Under the pieces are notes generated by a model that worked only from the letters and a program-made list of their open reading frames with translations, was not told where the DNA came from and made no database searches. Positions 9,319-22,000 of a DNA stretch of 64,000 nt are shown here, piece after piece. The DNA is from Corallococcus sp. AS-1-12 (lineage in GTDB: Bacteria > Myxococcota > Myxococcia > Myxococcales > Myxococcaceae), in the NCBI RefSeq assembly GCF_020036995.1, contig NZ_JAIQDD010000010.1, forward strand, positions 97,433 to 161,432. Direction: 5' to 3'. Position 1 is the stretch's first letter; every line of letters begins with the position of its first letter. Made by a program: the position numbers and the translations under genes.

Positions 9319-11415
9319 ATGGCCCGCCTGCCCGCCGCAGTGTCCGCCGGAGTCCTCCTCGTGAGCGCCTGTGTCCGCTCGGTGCCGACGCCCGACGTGC
9401 CTCCGCCCCCGGTCGAGCCCTCGAAGGTCATCGCCCAGATTCAGGACTGGGAGGACCGCCGGTCGCTGGGGGGCGGTGAGCTGCCGCGGCTCGCCACCTC
9501 CGCGCCGGAAGCGGCCGTGCGCGTGCGTGCGCTCCGGGCCCTGGCGCGCATCCAGGACGTGGAGACGCTGGAGGCCGTCCTCGTCGGGCTGACGGCGCCG
9601 GAAAAGGCCGTGCGCGACGAGGCCGCCTTCGCGGCGGGTGAGCTGGCGCAGTCGTGGGAGCCGCTCCCGGAGGCCGCACGGACGGCGCTCACGGAAGCGC
9701 TGGTGCGCGCCGAGGCCTCGGAAGCCTACGCCCGGGTGCACAACACGCTGCTGGAGTCCCTGGGCAAGCTGGCCACGCCTGGCGCCGTGGAGGTGCTGAC
9801 GGCCCGGCTGTCTCCGGCCAATGGCCCCTGGGCCGCGGCCGCGGCGACGGCGTTGGGCGTGGCTGCGCGCAAGGCCGGACCCGCGGTCGTGGCGAACGTC
9901 CCCCTGGAGACCATCCGCGTGCTGCTGGATCCCCGCTTGCGGAGCGAGGTGAACGTCGCCGGGGCGTACCTCCTGGCGGCGTCGAAGCGGCTGGACGGCG
10001 TGGATGCGCTCCGCTCCTGCATGGCCAGTTCGATACCGGATGTGATGGCCCCGTGCGTGAAGAGCCTGGGCGACCTGGGCAGCCCGCGGGACGCGCTGGC
10101 GCTGAACCTGCTGTCGGGCGAAGCCACGTCCCGCGCGTCAGCGGAGGTGGCGCGTGCGCTGGCGAAGCTCGCCGCGAAGTGCGAGGCCGGCGCGCCCTGT
10201 GAGCCGCTGCTCGCGCTGGAAGGCCAGGCGCACCTGGCGAAGCAGGTGGCGGAGGGGAAGGCGGCGAAAGGCCACGTGTTGCTGGCGGTGGCGCAGCAGG
10301 GCCTTCCGCTCCAGGGCCGGCCGGTGTTGTCGCGCCTGAGGCGTGCGCTGGCGGAAGCCGACCTCGCCGCCGTGTCCGAGGAGGCCCACGCGGACCTCGC
10401 CTGGCTGGACTGCCGTTTCGCGGCGGCCATGGACCGGCAGCAGGGCGCGCTGGAGCAGGTGCGCCAGTGCGGCTACGGCCGCGTCCCCGAGGCCCGATGG
10501 CTCGCGCTGGGACTGCACGAGGTGGCGCAGTCCAAGGGACAGCCCGCTGGAGCCGCGTTCGCGGTGCCCTACCTGGACCACGTCAGCCCCATCGTGCGCG
10601 GCGCCGCGCTGGACGCGCTCTCCGAACGCCCGGTGCCTGAAGCGATGGCGCCCATCCGCGCGCTCATCGGCGGAGGGGACGCGGTGGTGGCGGGGCTGGC
10701 CGCGTCCGCCGCCGGCAAGCTGAAGGACGCCGAGGCCCTGACCGCGGTGCAGGCCCTGGCCGACCGCGTCCCCAAGGAGCCGGATCTGGCGGAGGCGGTG
10801 GCCGGCGCGCTCGTCGCGTTGCAGGGGCAGGCCGCGGAGCCCCGCCTGCGCGAATGGCTGAACCACCCGCACGCGAACGTGCGCCGGGTCGCGGCCGAGT
10901 CCCTCACGGCGCTCACGGGCGCTCCCGTCCGCTCCGCCCGCGTGGAGCTGCCTCCGGAGACGTACCGCCCGCCGGCCGCGTCCCCCGGGACGACGCTCAC
11001 GCTGCGCACGCGCAAGGGCGACATCAAGGTCCTTTTGGATCCGGAAGCGCCGCTCACGGGCGGCAACCTGGCGGCGCTCGCGAAGCAGGGCTACTTCCGG
11101 GGCGTCACCTTCCACCGCGTGGTGCCGGACTTCGTCGCGCAGGGCGGAGACCCGCGCGGAGACGGGGAGGGTGGCCCCGGGTACTCCATCCGCTGCGAGA
11201 TGACGCGCCGGCCGTATGCGCGTGGCACCGTGGGGATGGCGCTGTCGGGCAAGGACACCGGCGGCAGCCAGTTCTTCTTCACCCACTCGCCGCAGCCGCA
11301 CCTGGACGGCCGCTACACGGCCTTCGGCGAGGTCGTCCAGGGCATGGACGTGGTGGACGCGTTGCTGGAGGGCACGGTCATCGACGACGTCATCGTCGGC
11401 ACGCGCGCCCCCTGA
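9319..11415 (+). CDS. lipoprotein with HEAT-like repeats fused to a C-terminal cyclophilin-type peptidyl-prolyl isomerase
   Basis: Signal peptide plus lipobox (LLVSAC). Repeated Ala/Leu-rich HEAT/PBS-lyase-like helices. C-terminal cyclophilin motifs (FHRVVPDFVAQGGDP; GTVGMALSGKDTGGSQFFF). Confidence 0.85.
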   Translation: MARLPAAVSAGVLLVSACVRSVPTPDVPPPPVEPSKVIAQIQDWEDRRSLGGGELPRLATSAPEAAVRVRALRALARIQDVETLEAVLVGLTAPEKAVRDEAAFAAGELAQSWEPLPEAARTALTEALVRAEASEAYARVHNTLLESLGKLATPGAVEVLTARLSPANGPWAAAAATALGVAARKAGPAVVANVPLETIRVLLDPRLRSEVNVAGAYLLAASKRLDGVDALRSCMASSIPDVMAPCVKSLGDLGSPRDALALNLLSGEATSRASAEVARALAKLAAKCEAGAPCEPLLALEGQAHLAKQVAEGKAAKGHVLLAVAQQGLPLQGRPVLSRLRRALAEADLAAVSEEAHADLAWLDCRFAAAMDRQQGALEQVRQCGYGRVPEARWLALGLHEVAQSKGQPAGAAFAVPYLDHVSPIVRGAALDALSERPVPEAMAPIRALIGGGDAVVAGLAASAAGKLKDAEALTAVQALADRVPKEPDLAEAVAGALVALQGQAAEPRLREWLNHPHANVRRVAAESLTALTGAPVRSARVELPPETYRPPAASPGTTLTLRTRKGDIKVLLDPEAPLTGGNLAALAKQGYFRGVTFHRVVPDFVAQGGDPRGDGEGGPGYSIRCEMTRRPYARGTVGMALSGKDTGGSQFFFTHSPQPHLDGRYTAFGEVVQGMDVVDALLEGTVIDDVIVGTRAP

Positions 11416-11433
11416 GGCGAAGGCCCTCGCGCG

Positions 11434-12555
11434 TCAGGCCCCGGCGGCGCGCGCGGGCATGGGCTGGCCGTTCGCGTCGAGCTTCGCGCCCGTCCAGCGG
11501 TGGCTCTCCGCCTCCTCCATCATCTCCACCTCGCGGCGGATGCGGGCCCACTCCGTCTCCGGCAGGCCGAGGAACGCCTCCGCGAGCATCGGGTCGAACT
11601 GCGTGCCCGAGCAGCGGCGGACCTCGTCGCGCGCCACGCTCATGGGGCGCCCCTTGCGGTAGGGCCGGTCGGACGTGATGGCGTCCAGCGTGTCCACGAG
11701 GCAGAAGATGCGCGCCCCGATGACGATCTCCTCGCCCTGGAGCCCCAGCGGGTAGCCCTTGCCGTCCCAGCGCTCCTGGTGCTGCAGGACGATGAGCGCC
11801 GCCTCGTGCAGGTAGGGCATCTTCGCCAGCATCCGGTAGCCGAACTCCGGGTGCAGCTTCATCTCCACCCACTCATCCGGCGTGAGCGGCCCGGGCTTGA
11901 GCAGGATGGAGTCCCGCACGCCGATCTTCCCGATGTCGTGCAGGAGCGCGCCCTGCTCCACCACGTCCAGCGCCGGCCCGGTGAGGCCGATCTCCTGCGC
12001 CAGCCGCCGCGCGTACAGCGACACCCGCCGCGAGTGCCACTGCGTCTCCGTGTCCCGGTAGTCCAGCGCGCTGATGAGCCCGTCCAGCAGCCCCGTGGTG
12101 CGCTCGATGACCCGGCGCTCCAGCCCCTCGTTGATGGACAGGAGCTCCGCGTTCTTCTCCGCCACCTCGCGCGTCAGCCGCTCGTTGGCCGCCACCAGCC
12201 GGTGGTGCTCGATGGCCTGCCGCACGCTGCTGGTCAGCTCGCTCAGCGCCCACGGCTTGCCCAGCAGCCGGAAGACCTCGCCCCGGTTCACCGCCTCCGA
12301 CGCCGTCTTGAAGTCCGCCGCCGCCGTCAGCATCAGCCGCACCGCGCGGGGGTTCTTCTCCCGCAGCGCCGACAACAGCTCGATGCCGTTGAGGTACGGC
12401 ATCATGAAGTCCGTCAGCACGACGTCGAAGCCCTGCTCCCGCGCCGCCACCACCGGGTCGCTGTGCGTCACGACCTCGTAACCCTCCGCCTGGAGGATCC
12501 GGGACAGCGCGGCGAGGATGAGCACGTCGTCGTCCACCACGAGGATTCGGGCCAT
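11434..12555 (-). CDS. response regulator with HD-GYP phosphodiesterase domain
   Basis: Receiver domain (MARILVVDDDVLI...DFMMPYLNGIEL). HD-GYP motifs (LHDIGKIGV...; GYP-type HD domain). Confidence 0.85.
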   Translation of the reverse strand: MARILVVDDDVLILAALSRILQAEGYEVVTHSDPVVAAREQGFDVVLTDFMMPYLNGIELLSALREKNPRAVRLMLTAAADFKTASEAVNRGEVFRLLGKPWALSELTSSVRQAIEHHRLVAANERLTREVAEKNAELLSINEGLERRVIERTTGLLDGLISALDYRDTETQWHSRRVSLYARRLAQEIGLTGPALDVVEQGALLHDIGKIGVRDSILLKPGPLTPDEWVEMKLHPEFGYRMLAKMPYLHEAALIVLQHQERWDGKGYPLGLQGEEIVIGARIFCLVDTLDAITSDRPYRKGRPMSVARDEVRRCSGTQFDPMLAEAFLGLPETEWARIRREVEMMEEAESHRWTGAKLDANGQPMPARAAGA

Positions 12556-12802
12556 GGGCTGATACGCTCCGAGCGAGTGGGCTGCGTTTTTTCTCAGAGT
12601 CTTATAGCCGGTCCGCAGACGGGCAAACAGGCCCCCCCAAGCTTTCCAGTGCCGCTAAACTGCCGGAATTCTTGAGGTTTCCCCGAAACAGGCGGTCGCC
12701 GGATTCCACGTCCTGCTTGCCTGCCCGAGGAGCCGTGTTCTATGGTGGCCGCCTACCCGACGTAAATGGCTGTAACCCCTTGGAATTCGGGAGCAATCTC
12801 CG

Positions 12803-13804
12803 ATGGCTAGAGCCCCTGAAGGGCCGGTGCCGGTGGTGGTGATGGGGCTGGGGTTCATCGGGCAGGAAATTGCCAGGGCCGCCCTGTCGTCCCCCGAAGT
12901 GGAGCTGATGGGCGCGGTGGACTCGCAGGCCTCCCTGGTGGGTCGTCCCCTGGGCGACGTGCTGGGGCTGGCCGGTCCGCGCTTCAAGGTCGCGGACTCG
13001 CTGGAGCGCGCCGTGGGGCGCCGCAAGGGCGTGGTGGTGCTGCACGCCACCAGCTCCCGGCTGTCCCAGGTGATGGATCAGCTCCTGGACGCGCTGAAGC
13101 TGGGCCTGCCGGTGGCCAGCACCTGCGAGGAGCTGGCGTTCCCGCACCTCAAGTACCCGGAGCTGGCGGACAAGCTGGAGCGCGCCGCGCAGAAGGCGGG
13201 CGTCGCCATCGTGGGCACGGGCGTGAACCCGGGCTTCGTGCTGGACCGCCTGGTGGCCACCGCCGGTCAGGTGTGCGGCCCCGTGCGCAAGGTGCTGGCC
13301 AGCCGGGTGGTGGACGCCCGCACGCGCCGTGAGGCCCTGCAGCGCAAGGTGGGCGCGGGCCTGACGGAGGAGGAGTTCTTCGACCTGGTGGACCGCGAGG
13401 AGCTGGGCCACGTGGGGCTGGTGGAGTCCGCGGCGATGGCGGCGGTGGGGCTGGGGCTGGACTGCGACGACTTCGAGGAGGAGGTCGCGCCCGTGTTCGC
13501 CGAGGAGGACATCACCGGCGGCGCATTTGTCGTGAAGAAAGGCCGCGTCGCGGGCATGTTCCAATCCGTGGTGGGTTTGGAGGAGGGGCAGGAGCGGGTC
13601 CGCCTGGAGCTGACCATCGCGATGGGGGCGGACAACCCACGGGATCGCATCGAGATCGACGCGGATCCCAAGCTGGTGCTGGAGATACCGGGGGGAGTGG
13701 CGGGTGACCGGGCCACCGCGAACGCGCTGGTGAATGCCGCGCCACGTTTGACGGCCGCGGAGGCCGGGCTCCTGACGGTGCTCGAGCTTCCGGCAGGCCG
13801 CTGA
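12803..13804 (+). CDS. DapB-like NAD(P)-binding oxidoreductase (dihydrodipicolinate reductase / amine dehydrogenase family)
   Basis: N-terminal Rossmann motif (VVVMGLGFIGQEIA). DapB-like size of 333 aa. Confidence 0.65.
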   Translation: MARAPEGPVPVVVMGLGFIGQEIARAALSSPEVELMGAVDSQASLVGRPLGDVLGLAGPRFKVADSLERAVGRRKGVVVLHATSSRLSQVMDQLLDALKLGLPVASTCEELAFPHLKYPELADKLERAAQKAGVAIVGTGVNPGFVLDRLVATAGQVCGPVRKVLASRVVDARTRREALQRKVGAGLTEEEFFDLVDREELGHVGLVESAAMAAVGLGLDCDDFEEEVAPVFAEEDITGGAFVVKKGRVAGMFQSVVGLEEGQERVRLELTIAMGADNPRDRIEIDADPKLVLEIPGGVAGDRATANALVNAAPRLTAAEAGLLTVLELPAGR

Positions 13805-13824
13805 AGACTCATCAGGAGAGGGAA

Positions 13825-14274
13825 ATGCTGGACAAGAACGCGATTGGCCGCGCCTCGCCGCCGACGCTCAACGAGGTGGAGAAGGGCGCCATCCGGCGCT
13901 TCGCCGAGGCAATCGGCGACTACAATCCCATCTACTACGACGAGGAGTACGCCCGCGCGTCGGGCTACCCCACCATCGTCGCGCCTCCCACGTTTCCCGC
14001 GTCGTTCCATTCCGCCGCGGACCTCCGGGAGCTGTTGGGGGTGGGCATCAAGAGCCTGCTGCACGCCGAGCAGGGCTTCGACTACGAGCGGCCCATCTTC
14101 GCGGGGGACCGCATCTACGTGTCCACCCGCGTGTCGGACGTCTTCGAGCGGCCGGGCATGTCCGGCAAGATGGACATCGCGGTCATCGAGGACGAAGGCC
14201 GGGACGAAGAGGGCAACCTCGTCTTCCGCGCCCGCCGGACCCTCGTGGTGCGTGCCGCCAAGGAGAACGCCTGA
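13825..14274 (+). CDS. MaoC-like (hot-dog) dehydratase, N-terminal-type subunit
   Basis: Hot-dog fold motifs (FAEAIGDYNPIYYDEEYA). TGATG stop/start overlap with the next gene. Confidence 0.8.
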   Translation: MLDKNAIGRASPPTLNEVEKGAIRRFAEAIGDYNPIYYDEEYARASGYPTIVAPPTFPASFHSAADLRELLGVGIKSLLHAEQGFDYERPIFAGDRIYVSTRVSDVFERPGMSGKMDIAVIEDEGRDEEGNLVFRARRTLVVRAAKENA

Positions 14275-14978
14275 TGCCCGCGCGCAAGCTCTACTTCGAA
14301 TCCATCCGCGTCGGTGACGAGCTGCCGGCGCTGGCCAAGGCCCCGGTGGACCGCGTCCAGTTGTCGCGCTACGCGGGCGCCTCCGGCGACTACAACCCCG
14401 TGCACGTGGACGAGCTCTACGCCAAGAGCGTGGGCATGCCGTCCGTCTACGCCCCCGGCATGCTCGTCATGGGTATGTTGGGCCAGCTCATCAGCGACTG
14501 GGCCCGGGGCGGCCAGCTCCGGCGCTACAATGTCCGCTTCATCAAGATGGTGTGGCCGGGCGACACCGTGGTCTGCAAGGGCCGCGTGAGCGACCGCCAC
14601 GGCTCCGGCGGCCGGTACTTCGTGGAAATCGACCTCTGGGCGGAGAACCAGAAGGGCGAGCTCGTCATGAAGGGCGGCTCGCAGATCCAGCTCTTCTACT
14701 CCCTGGAGGACGAGAACCGGCAGCGCTCCGGCCAGTCCCCCATCGTGGTGGAGGTCCCCCGCGAGAGCCTGGTCGTCCCGGCGCCCGCCACCCCGGAAGC
14801 CGCTACCAGCGCCCCGGCGCCCGCCGCCCCGGAGCGCGACCGGGACGAGGACGACGAGGACGATGACGAGGAGTCGGGCGAGCCCCGCTCCGGCGCCTCG
14901 TCCAAGAAGACCGCGCCCCGGGAGAAGCCCGCCGCGAAGACAGCGTCCCTCCCGGCCGCGAAGAAGGCCAGGAAGTAG
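14274..14978 (+). CDS. MaoC-like (R)-specific enoyl-CoA hydratase/dehydratase with acidic/lysine-rich C-terminal tail
   Basis: MaoC motif (YAGASGDYNPVHVDELYAKSVGMPSVYAPGML). About 80 aa disordered D/E/K-rich tail. Confidence 0.8.
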   Translation: MPARKLYFESIRVGDELPALAKAPVDRVQLSRYAGASGDYNPVHVDELYAKSVGMPSVYAPGMLVMGMLGQLISDWARGGQLRRYNVRFIKMVWPGDTVVCKGRVSDRHGSGGRYFVEIDLWAENQKGELVMKGGSQIQLFYSLEDENRQRSGQSPIVVEVPRESLVVPAPATPEAATSAPAPAAPERDRDEDDEDDDEESGEPRSGASSKKTAPREKPAAKTASLPAAKKARK

Positions 14979-15165
14979 GCGTTCCAAGACGAAATCCCGC
15001 GTTCGAGAAGGACGGCTTCGACCGTCCGTCAACGCGGGGTGTCATCTTGGGTTGACTCAAAAATCAGTCGACGCCACACTTCCTGCGTCACATGTGCCGC
15101 TGACCCTTACTTTTTCCCGCCCTGCGGGAAGCAGGCAGGCAGCGAGCCCCTACGCAGGAGTGGCC

Positions 15166-17010
<1,845 letters not shown>

Positions 17011-17035
17011 GGCACTTGAAGTCCTGAAGTGAAGA

Positions 17036-17069
17036 AGGCCCTCCGGCGCATGCGCCGGGGGGCCTTTTG
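17036..17069. terminator. bidirectional rho-independent terminator between convergent genes
   Basis: AGGCCC-T-CCGGCGCATGCGCCGG-G-GGGCCT stem containing a perfect 16-nt palindrome, followed by TTTTG. A-rich on the other side. Confidence 0.6.
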
Positions 17070-17070
17070 C

Positions 17071-17526
17071 CTAGTTGCCTTCGCGCACGCCGATGGCGAG
17101 CTGCGCGAGCCCGGCCTTCTTCGCCAGCTCCATCACCTGCACCACGGTGCCGTGGGGGACGCCTTCGTCCGCCTGGACGATCACCACGGTGTCGGGGTTC
17201 TGGTTCTTCGCGGTGTCGAAGGCCTGCTTCAGCTCCGCTTCCGCGACGACGTTGCCCGCGAGCACGAAGCGGCCGTCCGCCAGCACCGCCACGGACAGGT
17301 CCGTGGTGCGCGCGGTGACGTCCGCGGCGCCGCCCTTGGGCAGGTTCACCTTGAGGCCCGCCTTCGCGCCGCCGCCCGGGCCCTGCTGGGTGATGACCGA
17401 GCTGGTCACCATGAAGATGATGAGCAGCACGAGCATCACGTCCGTCAGCGGCGTGATGTTGATCTCCGCGAAGCCCGCGCCCTCCACCTCGTCGTCGCCC
17501 GAGCCGGGCGTCTTTCCCATGGCCAT
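17071..17526 (-). CDS. exbD: ExbD/TolR biopolymer transport protein
   Basis: Single N-terminal TM helix (ITPLTDVMLVLLIIFMV) plus an ExbD periplasmic domain. Confidence 0.85.
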   Translation of the reverse strand: MAMGKTPGSGDDEVEGAGFAEINITPLTDVMLVLLIIFMVTSSVITQQGPGGGAKAGLKVNLPKGGAADVTARTTDLSVAVLADGRFVLAGNVVAEAELKQAFDTAKNQNPDTVVIVQADEGVPHGTVVQVMELAKKAGLAQLAIGVREGN

Positions 17527-17541
17527 GGTGGGCGTGTCTCC

Positions 17542-18273
17542 TTACGAGGCGGGCTGCGGATCCGGGCGGGGAGCGGGGGGCGGGGTGCTCTCGCGCGGGG
17601 GCGGCGTGGTTTCCGGCAGCGGGCCGCCGGCGGAGCGCTCCTTGAGGACCTCCGCGAACTCGTCGCCCAACAGGCGCAGCTCCACCAGCACGCGGGACAG
17701 CCGGGCCTGGAAGTAGTTGTAGAAGACCATCGCCTGCACGGCGACGAGGATGCCCACGGCGGTGGCGACGAGCGCCTCGGAGATGCCCGTCATCACGGCC
17801 GCGGAGCCGCCGGTGCCGCCGGCCTCCACGTCCACGCCCAGGTCCTTGAAGGAGCGCATGATGCCGGCCACGGTGCCGAAGAGGCCCACGAAGGGCGTCG
17901 TCGAGCCGATGGTGGCGAGCAGCCACAGGTTGCGGCGCAGCTTCAAGCCCACCTGGGCGCGCTCGCGCTCCACGGCGGACTCGATGCCGTTGCCGCCGCT
18001 GGAGCGGGAGCGCTCCCAGCGATCGAACCCGGCGAGGAAGATGTCGGCCGCCACGGCGTCGGAGCGCTCGGCGGCGGTGCGGGCGGCGGCCACGTCCCCC
18101 CGGAGGAGGTGCTTCTGGACGATCTCCCCCAGGTTGCGGGAGCGCTCGCTCACGCCCCAGAGGGCGATGAGCCGCTCGATGGCCACGCCCAGGGCCACCA
18201 CGGAGGCGCCCAGGAGGAGGGCGAGGGTGACGCCGCCCAGGCGAAGGTAATGAAGTAGATCGTTCAGGCTCAT
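17542..18273 (-). CDS. exbB: MotA/TolQ/ExbB proton-channel protein
   Basis: ExbB/TolQ signature (TIGSTTPFVGLFGTVAGIMRSF) with 3 TM helices. Confidence 0.85.
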   Translation of the reverse strand: MSLNDLLHYLRLGGVTLALLLGASVVALGVAIERLIALWGVSERSRNLGEIVQKHLLRGDVAAARTAAERSDAVAADIFLAGFDRWERSRSSGGNGIESAVERERAQVGLKLRRNLWLLATIGSTTPFVGLFGTVAGIMRSFKDLGVDVEAGGTGGSAAVMTGISEALVATAVGILVAVQAMVFYNYFQARLSRVLVELRLLGDEFAEVLKERSAGGPLPETTPPPRESTPPPAPRPDPQPAS

Positions 18274-18315
18274 GATGGATGACCGGGCAGGCGGCCCTGG
18301 CTCACACTAGGACAT

Positions 18316-19146
18316 ATGAACCGCGCAGCCGCCGCAATCTTCCTGGCCCTCCTCTGTTCGGCCTGCCCCAAACGTCTCGAGTTCGGTCCGGAGGGCCGCA
18401 TCGAGGACGCCCAGACGCTCTACCAGCACGTGCGCGAGCGGCAGGCGAAGGTGGTGAACCTGGAGGGCGACGCCAAGCTCCACGTGGACTCCCCGCAGGG
18501 CAGCGGCACGCTCTCCACCTATCTCTCCATCACCCGCCCGGCCCTCATCCACCTGGAGACGTACGACTTCTTCAACCGCCCGGTGGCCTCGCTCGTCTCC
18601 GACGGTGAGCGCTTCGGCATCTACCAGGCGCGGGAGAACACGTACCTCCAGGGCCCCGCGAGCGCGGAGAACGTGTCCCGCTTCCTGCCCGTCGTCCTGC
18701 CGAGCGAGGAGCTGGTGGCGGTGATGCTGGGCCAGGTCCCCCTCCTGCCGCCGGAGTCCATGACCCTGGAGCTGGACGAGAAGGAGCGGGTCTACGTGCT
18801 CAAGCTCCAGCGGGGGCCGGCGACACAGACACTGCGCGTGGACCCCAAGCACCTGCGCGTGGTGAAGAGCGAGGTCCGGGGCGTGCCGGGCTACGACCTG
18901 GCGTTCGAGGACTTCCAGCAGCGGGGCGACCAGTTCTTCCCGGACAAGGTGCACCTCATCGCCGCCTCGGCGGACACGAAGCTGGACCTGAAGTACACGG
19001 ACATCCGCCTCAACGGCCGCCCGGACCTGACGCTCTATGAAATGGGCGCGCCCGAGGGGGCGAAGGTGGTGGACGTCGACGCGCGGGGCCAGGAGGTCCG
19101 CCCGGAAGGGGCGGTGTCGCAGCCGCCCCCTGCGCCGGGTTCCTGA
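18316..19146 (+). CDS. lipoprotein, LolB/DUF4292-like (uncertain)
   Basis: Signal peptide plus lipobox (FLALLCSAC). Function is not assignable from motifs. Confidence 0.55.
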   Translation: MNRAAAAIFLALLCSACPKRLEFGPEGRIEDAQTLYQHVRERQAKVVNLEGDAKLHVDSPQGSGTLSTYLSITRPALIHLETYDFFNRPVASLVSDGERFGIYQARENTYLQGPASAENVSRFLPVVLPSEELVAVMLGQVPLLPPESMTLELDEKERVYVLKLQRGPATQTLRVDPKHLRVVKSEVRGVPGYDLAFEDFQQRGDQFFPDKVHLIAASADTKLDLKYTDIRLNGRPDLTLYEMGAPEGAKVVDVDARGQEVRPEGAVSQPPPAPGS

Positions 19147-19205
19147 GCTTCCAGGCGTCGAAAGGCAGCGTCCCGGCGCAAACCGGGTACTATGGCGCGC
19201 ACGAC

Positions 19206-19955
19206 ATGGCACAGATCAAGCTTGGAGAACTGCTGATCAAGGCGAACGTCCTGCAGGAGAGCCAGCTCAAGGCGGCGCTCGCCGAGCAGGCCAAGTGGGG
19301 CGGGAAGCTGGGCGAGATCCTCGTCCGGATGAACCTCGTCTCCGAGGACATCCTCGTGCGCGCCCTGTCGAAACAGTTGGGCATGCCGGCGGTGAACCTG
19401 GACTCCGTGCAGATGGTGCCGCCGCACGTGAAGGCCAAGATTCCGGCGCAGACGGCGCGCGACTTCTCCGTGGTGCCGCTGCAACTGCGCGACGACGGCA
19501 AGACGCTGGTCGTCGCCATGTCGGATCCGCTCAACGTGCGCGTGCTGGACGAGCTGCGCGCCCTGTCCAAGTGCCGCATCGTGGCCAACGTGGCCGGGCG
19601 CACCTCCGTGGCGCGGGCGTTCGCGCGCCTCTACGAGGAGACGGCGGAGCTGGAGGACGCGGACACCAACTTCAAGGTGGTGGACGCCCAAGGCCGCACC
19701 GTCGTGAAGAACCTCAAGGACCTGGACCCGGCCGCCGCCGTCGCCATGTCCCCCAAGCCCGCCGCCGCTCCGCCGCCCCGTCAGGCCCCTCCGCCGGAGG
19801 CGCCGCGCGCGGCCTCGGGCAGCCCCGCGGAGCTGCTCAAGAGCGTGGAGGAGGTCCAGCGCAAGGAGGTCGCGGCGCTGAAGGCCATGGTGGAGCTGCT
19901 CATCGAGAAGGGCGTTTTCTCCCGCGAGGAATACCTCGCCAAGGTCAAGCGGTAG
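19206..19955 (+). CDS. MshEN / GspE-N-terminal domain protein (predicted c-di-GMP receptor)
   Basis: Tandem MshEN motifs (KLGELLIKANVLQESQLKAALAEQ...KLGEILVRMNLVSEDILVRALSKQ). No ATPase domain. Confidence 0.75.
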   Translation: MAQIKLGELLIKANVLQESQLKAALAEQAKWGGKLGEILVRMNLVSEDILVRALSKQLGMPAVNLDSVQMVPPHVKAKIPAQTARDFSVVPLQLRDDGKTLVVAMSDPLNVRVLDELRALSKCRIVANVAGRTSVARAFARLYEETAELEDADTNFKVVDAQGRTVVKNLKDLDPAAAVAMSPKPAAAPPPRQAPPPEAPRAASGSPAELLKSVEEVQRKEVAALKAMVELLIEKGVFSREEYLAKVKR

Positions 19956-19964
19956 CCCCCGGCC

Positions 19965-20968
19965 ATGCGCAAGAAGATTGGTGAACTCCTCGTCCAGGCC
20001 GGAGTGGTGACGGACGAGCAGGTGAAGCAGGCCCTCGCGTCCGGACGGCGCGGCCAGGGCCGCAAGCTGGGTGAGGTGCTGGTGTCCATGGGCCTGTGCA
20101 CGGGCCGGGACATCGCGCGGGCGCTGGCGGCGCAGCACGAGCTGCCGTTCGTGGAGATCCCCGAGTACATCCCCCATGCGGTGTCCTCGCTGGTGTCCAT
20201 GGACTTCCAGACCGAGCACCGGGTGCTCCTCTTCGCGGCGGAGCAGGACGGCCGCAGCGAGAAGATCCACGTCGCGGTGGAGGACCCGGGCAACCTGATG
20301 CTGGTGGACGAGCTGCGCTTCCAGCTTCGCAAGCCGCTGAAGGTGTTCGTCGCCGCGCCGGATGACCTGGAGCAGGCGTTGTCGCGCGGCCGGGGCGAGC
20401 CCCTGGACATCGTGGAGGCTGAACCGATGGACATGGACGAGGACGATTCGCCGGACATCCTGACGTCTCCGCCGCCCCCGCCCGCCGCCGCGCGCGCGCC
20501 CACGCCGCCGCGTCCGCCCGCGCCGGCGCTGGACTGGGACCTGCCGCCGCCGCCGCCCAACGAGTCGGGCGTGGACGGCGCGGAGGTGCTGGAGGACATC
20601 CTGGGCTCCACGCCCCGTCCCAAGGTCCCCAAGGCCCCGCGTCCGCCGCCCCCGCCCGCCGCGGCCCGTCCGCCGCCGCCTCCGCCCCCCGCGGAGCCGG
20701 AGGACCCGAGCAAGCCGCGCGTCCCGGTGGTGCTCTTCGGCGGCGCCGCGCAGGGCGTGAAGCCGTCCGTGGCGCTCACGCCCAAGCCGGACTTCTCCGA
20801 GGAGGACCTGGCGGTGCTGGACGACATCGACCGCATCTCGCGCGGCGAAGAGGCCAGCCTGGACACGGAGAAGGTGAAGCCCGCGCGCATGGTCGCGAGC
20901 CTCATCCGCCTGCTCATCCGCAAGGGGCTCATCCAGGAGGCGGAGTTCCTGGAGGAGCTGGCCCAGAA

Positions 20969-20972
<4 letters not shown>
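19965..20972 (+). CDS. MshEN / GspE-N-terminal domain protein with Pro-rich linker (paralog)
   Basis: [24 protein letters not shown]...[24 protein letters not shown]. Conserved C-terminal helix shared with the upstream paralog ([13 protein letters not shown] versus LIEKGVFSREEYL). Confidence 0.75.

Positions 20973-21996
<1,024 letters not shown>

Positions 21997-22000
<4 letters not shown>

Noticed and set aside
12556-12802. Possible sigma-54 promoter in the divergent intergenic region
   Set aside because: There is no TGGCAC-N5-TTGC match. Only a TTGC fragment was found.
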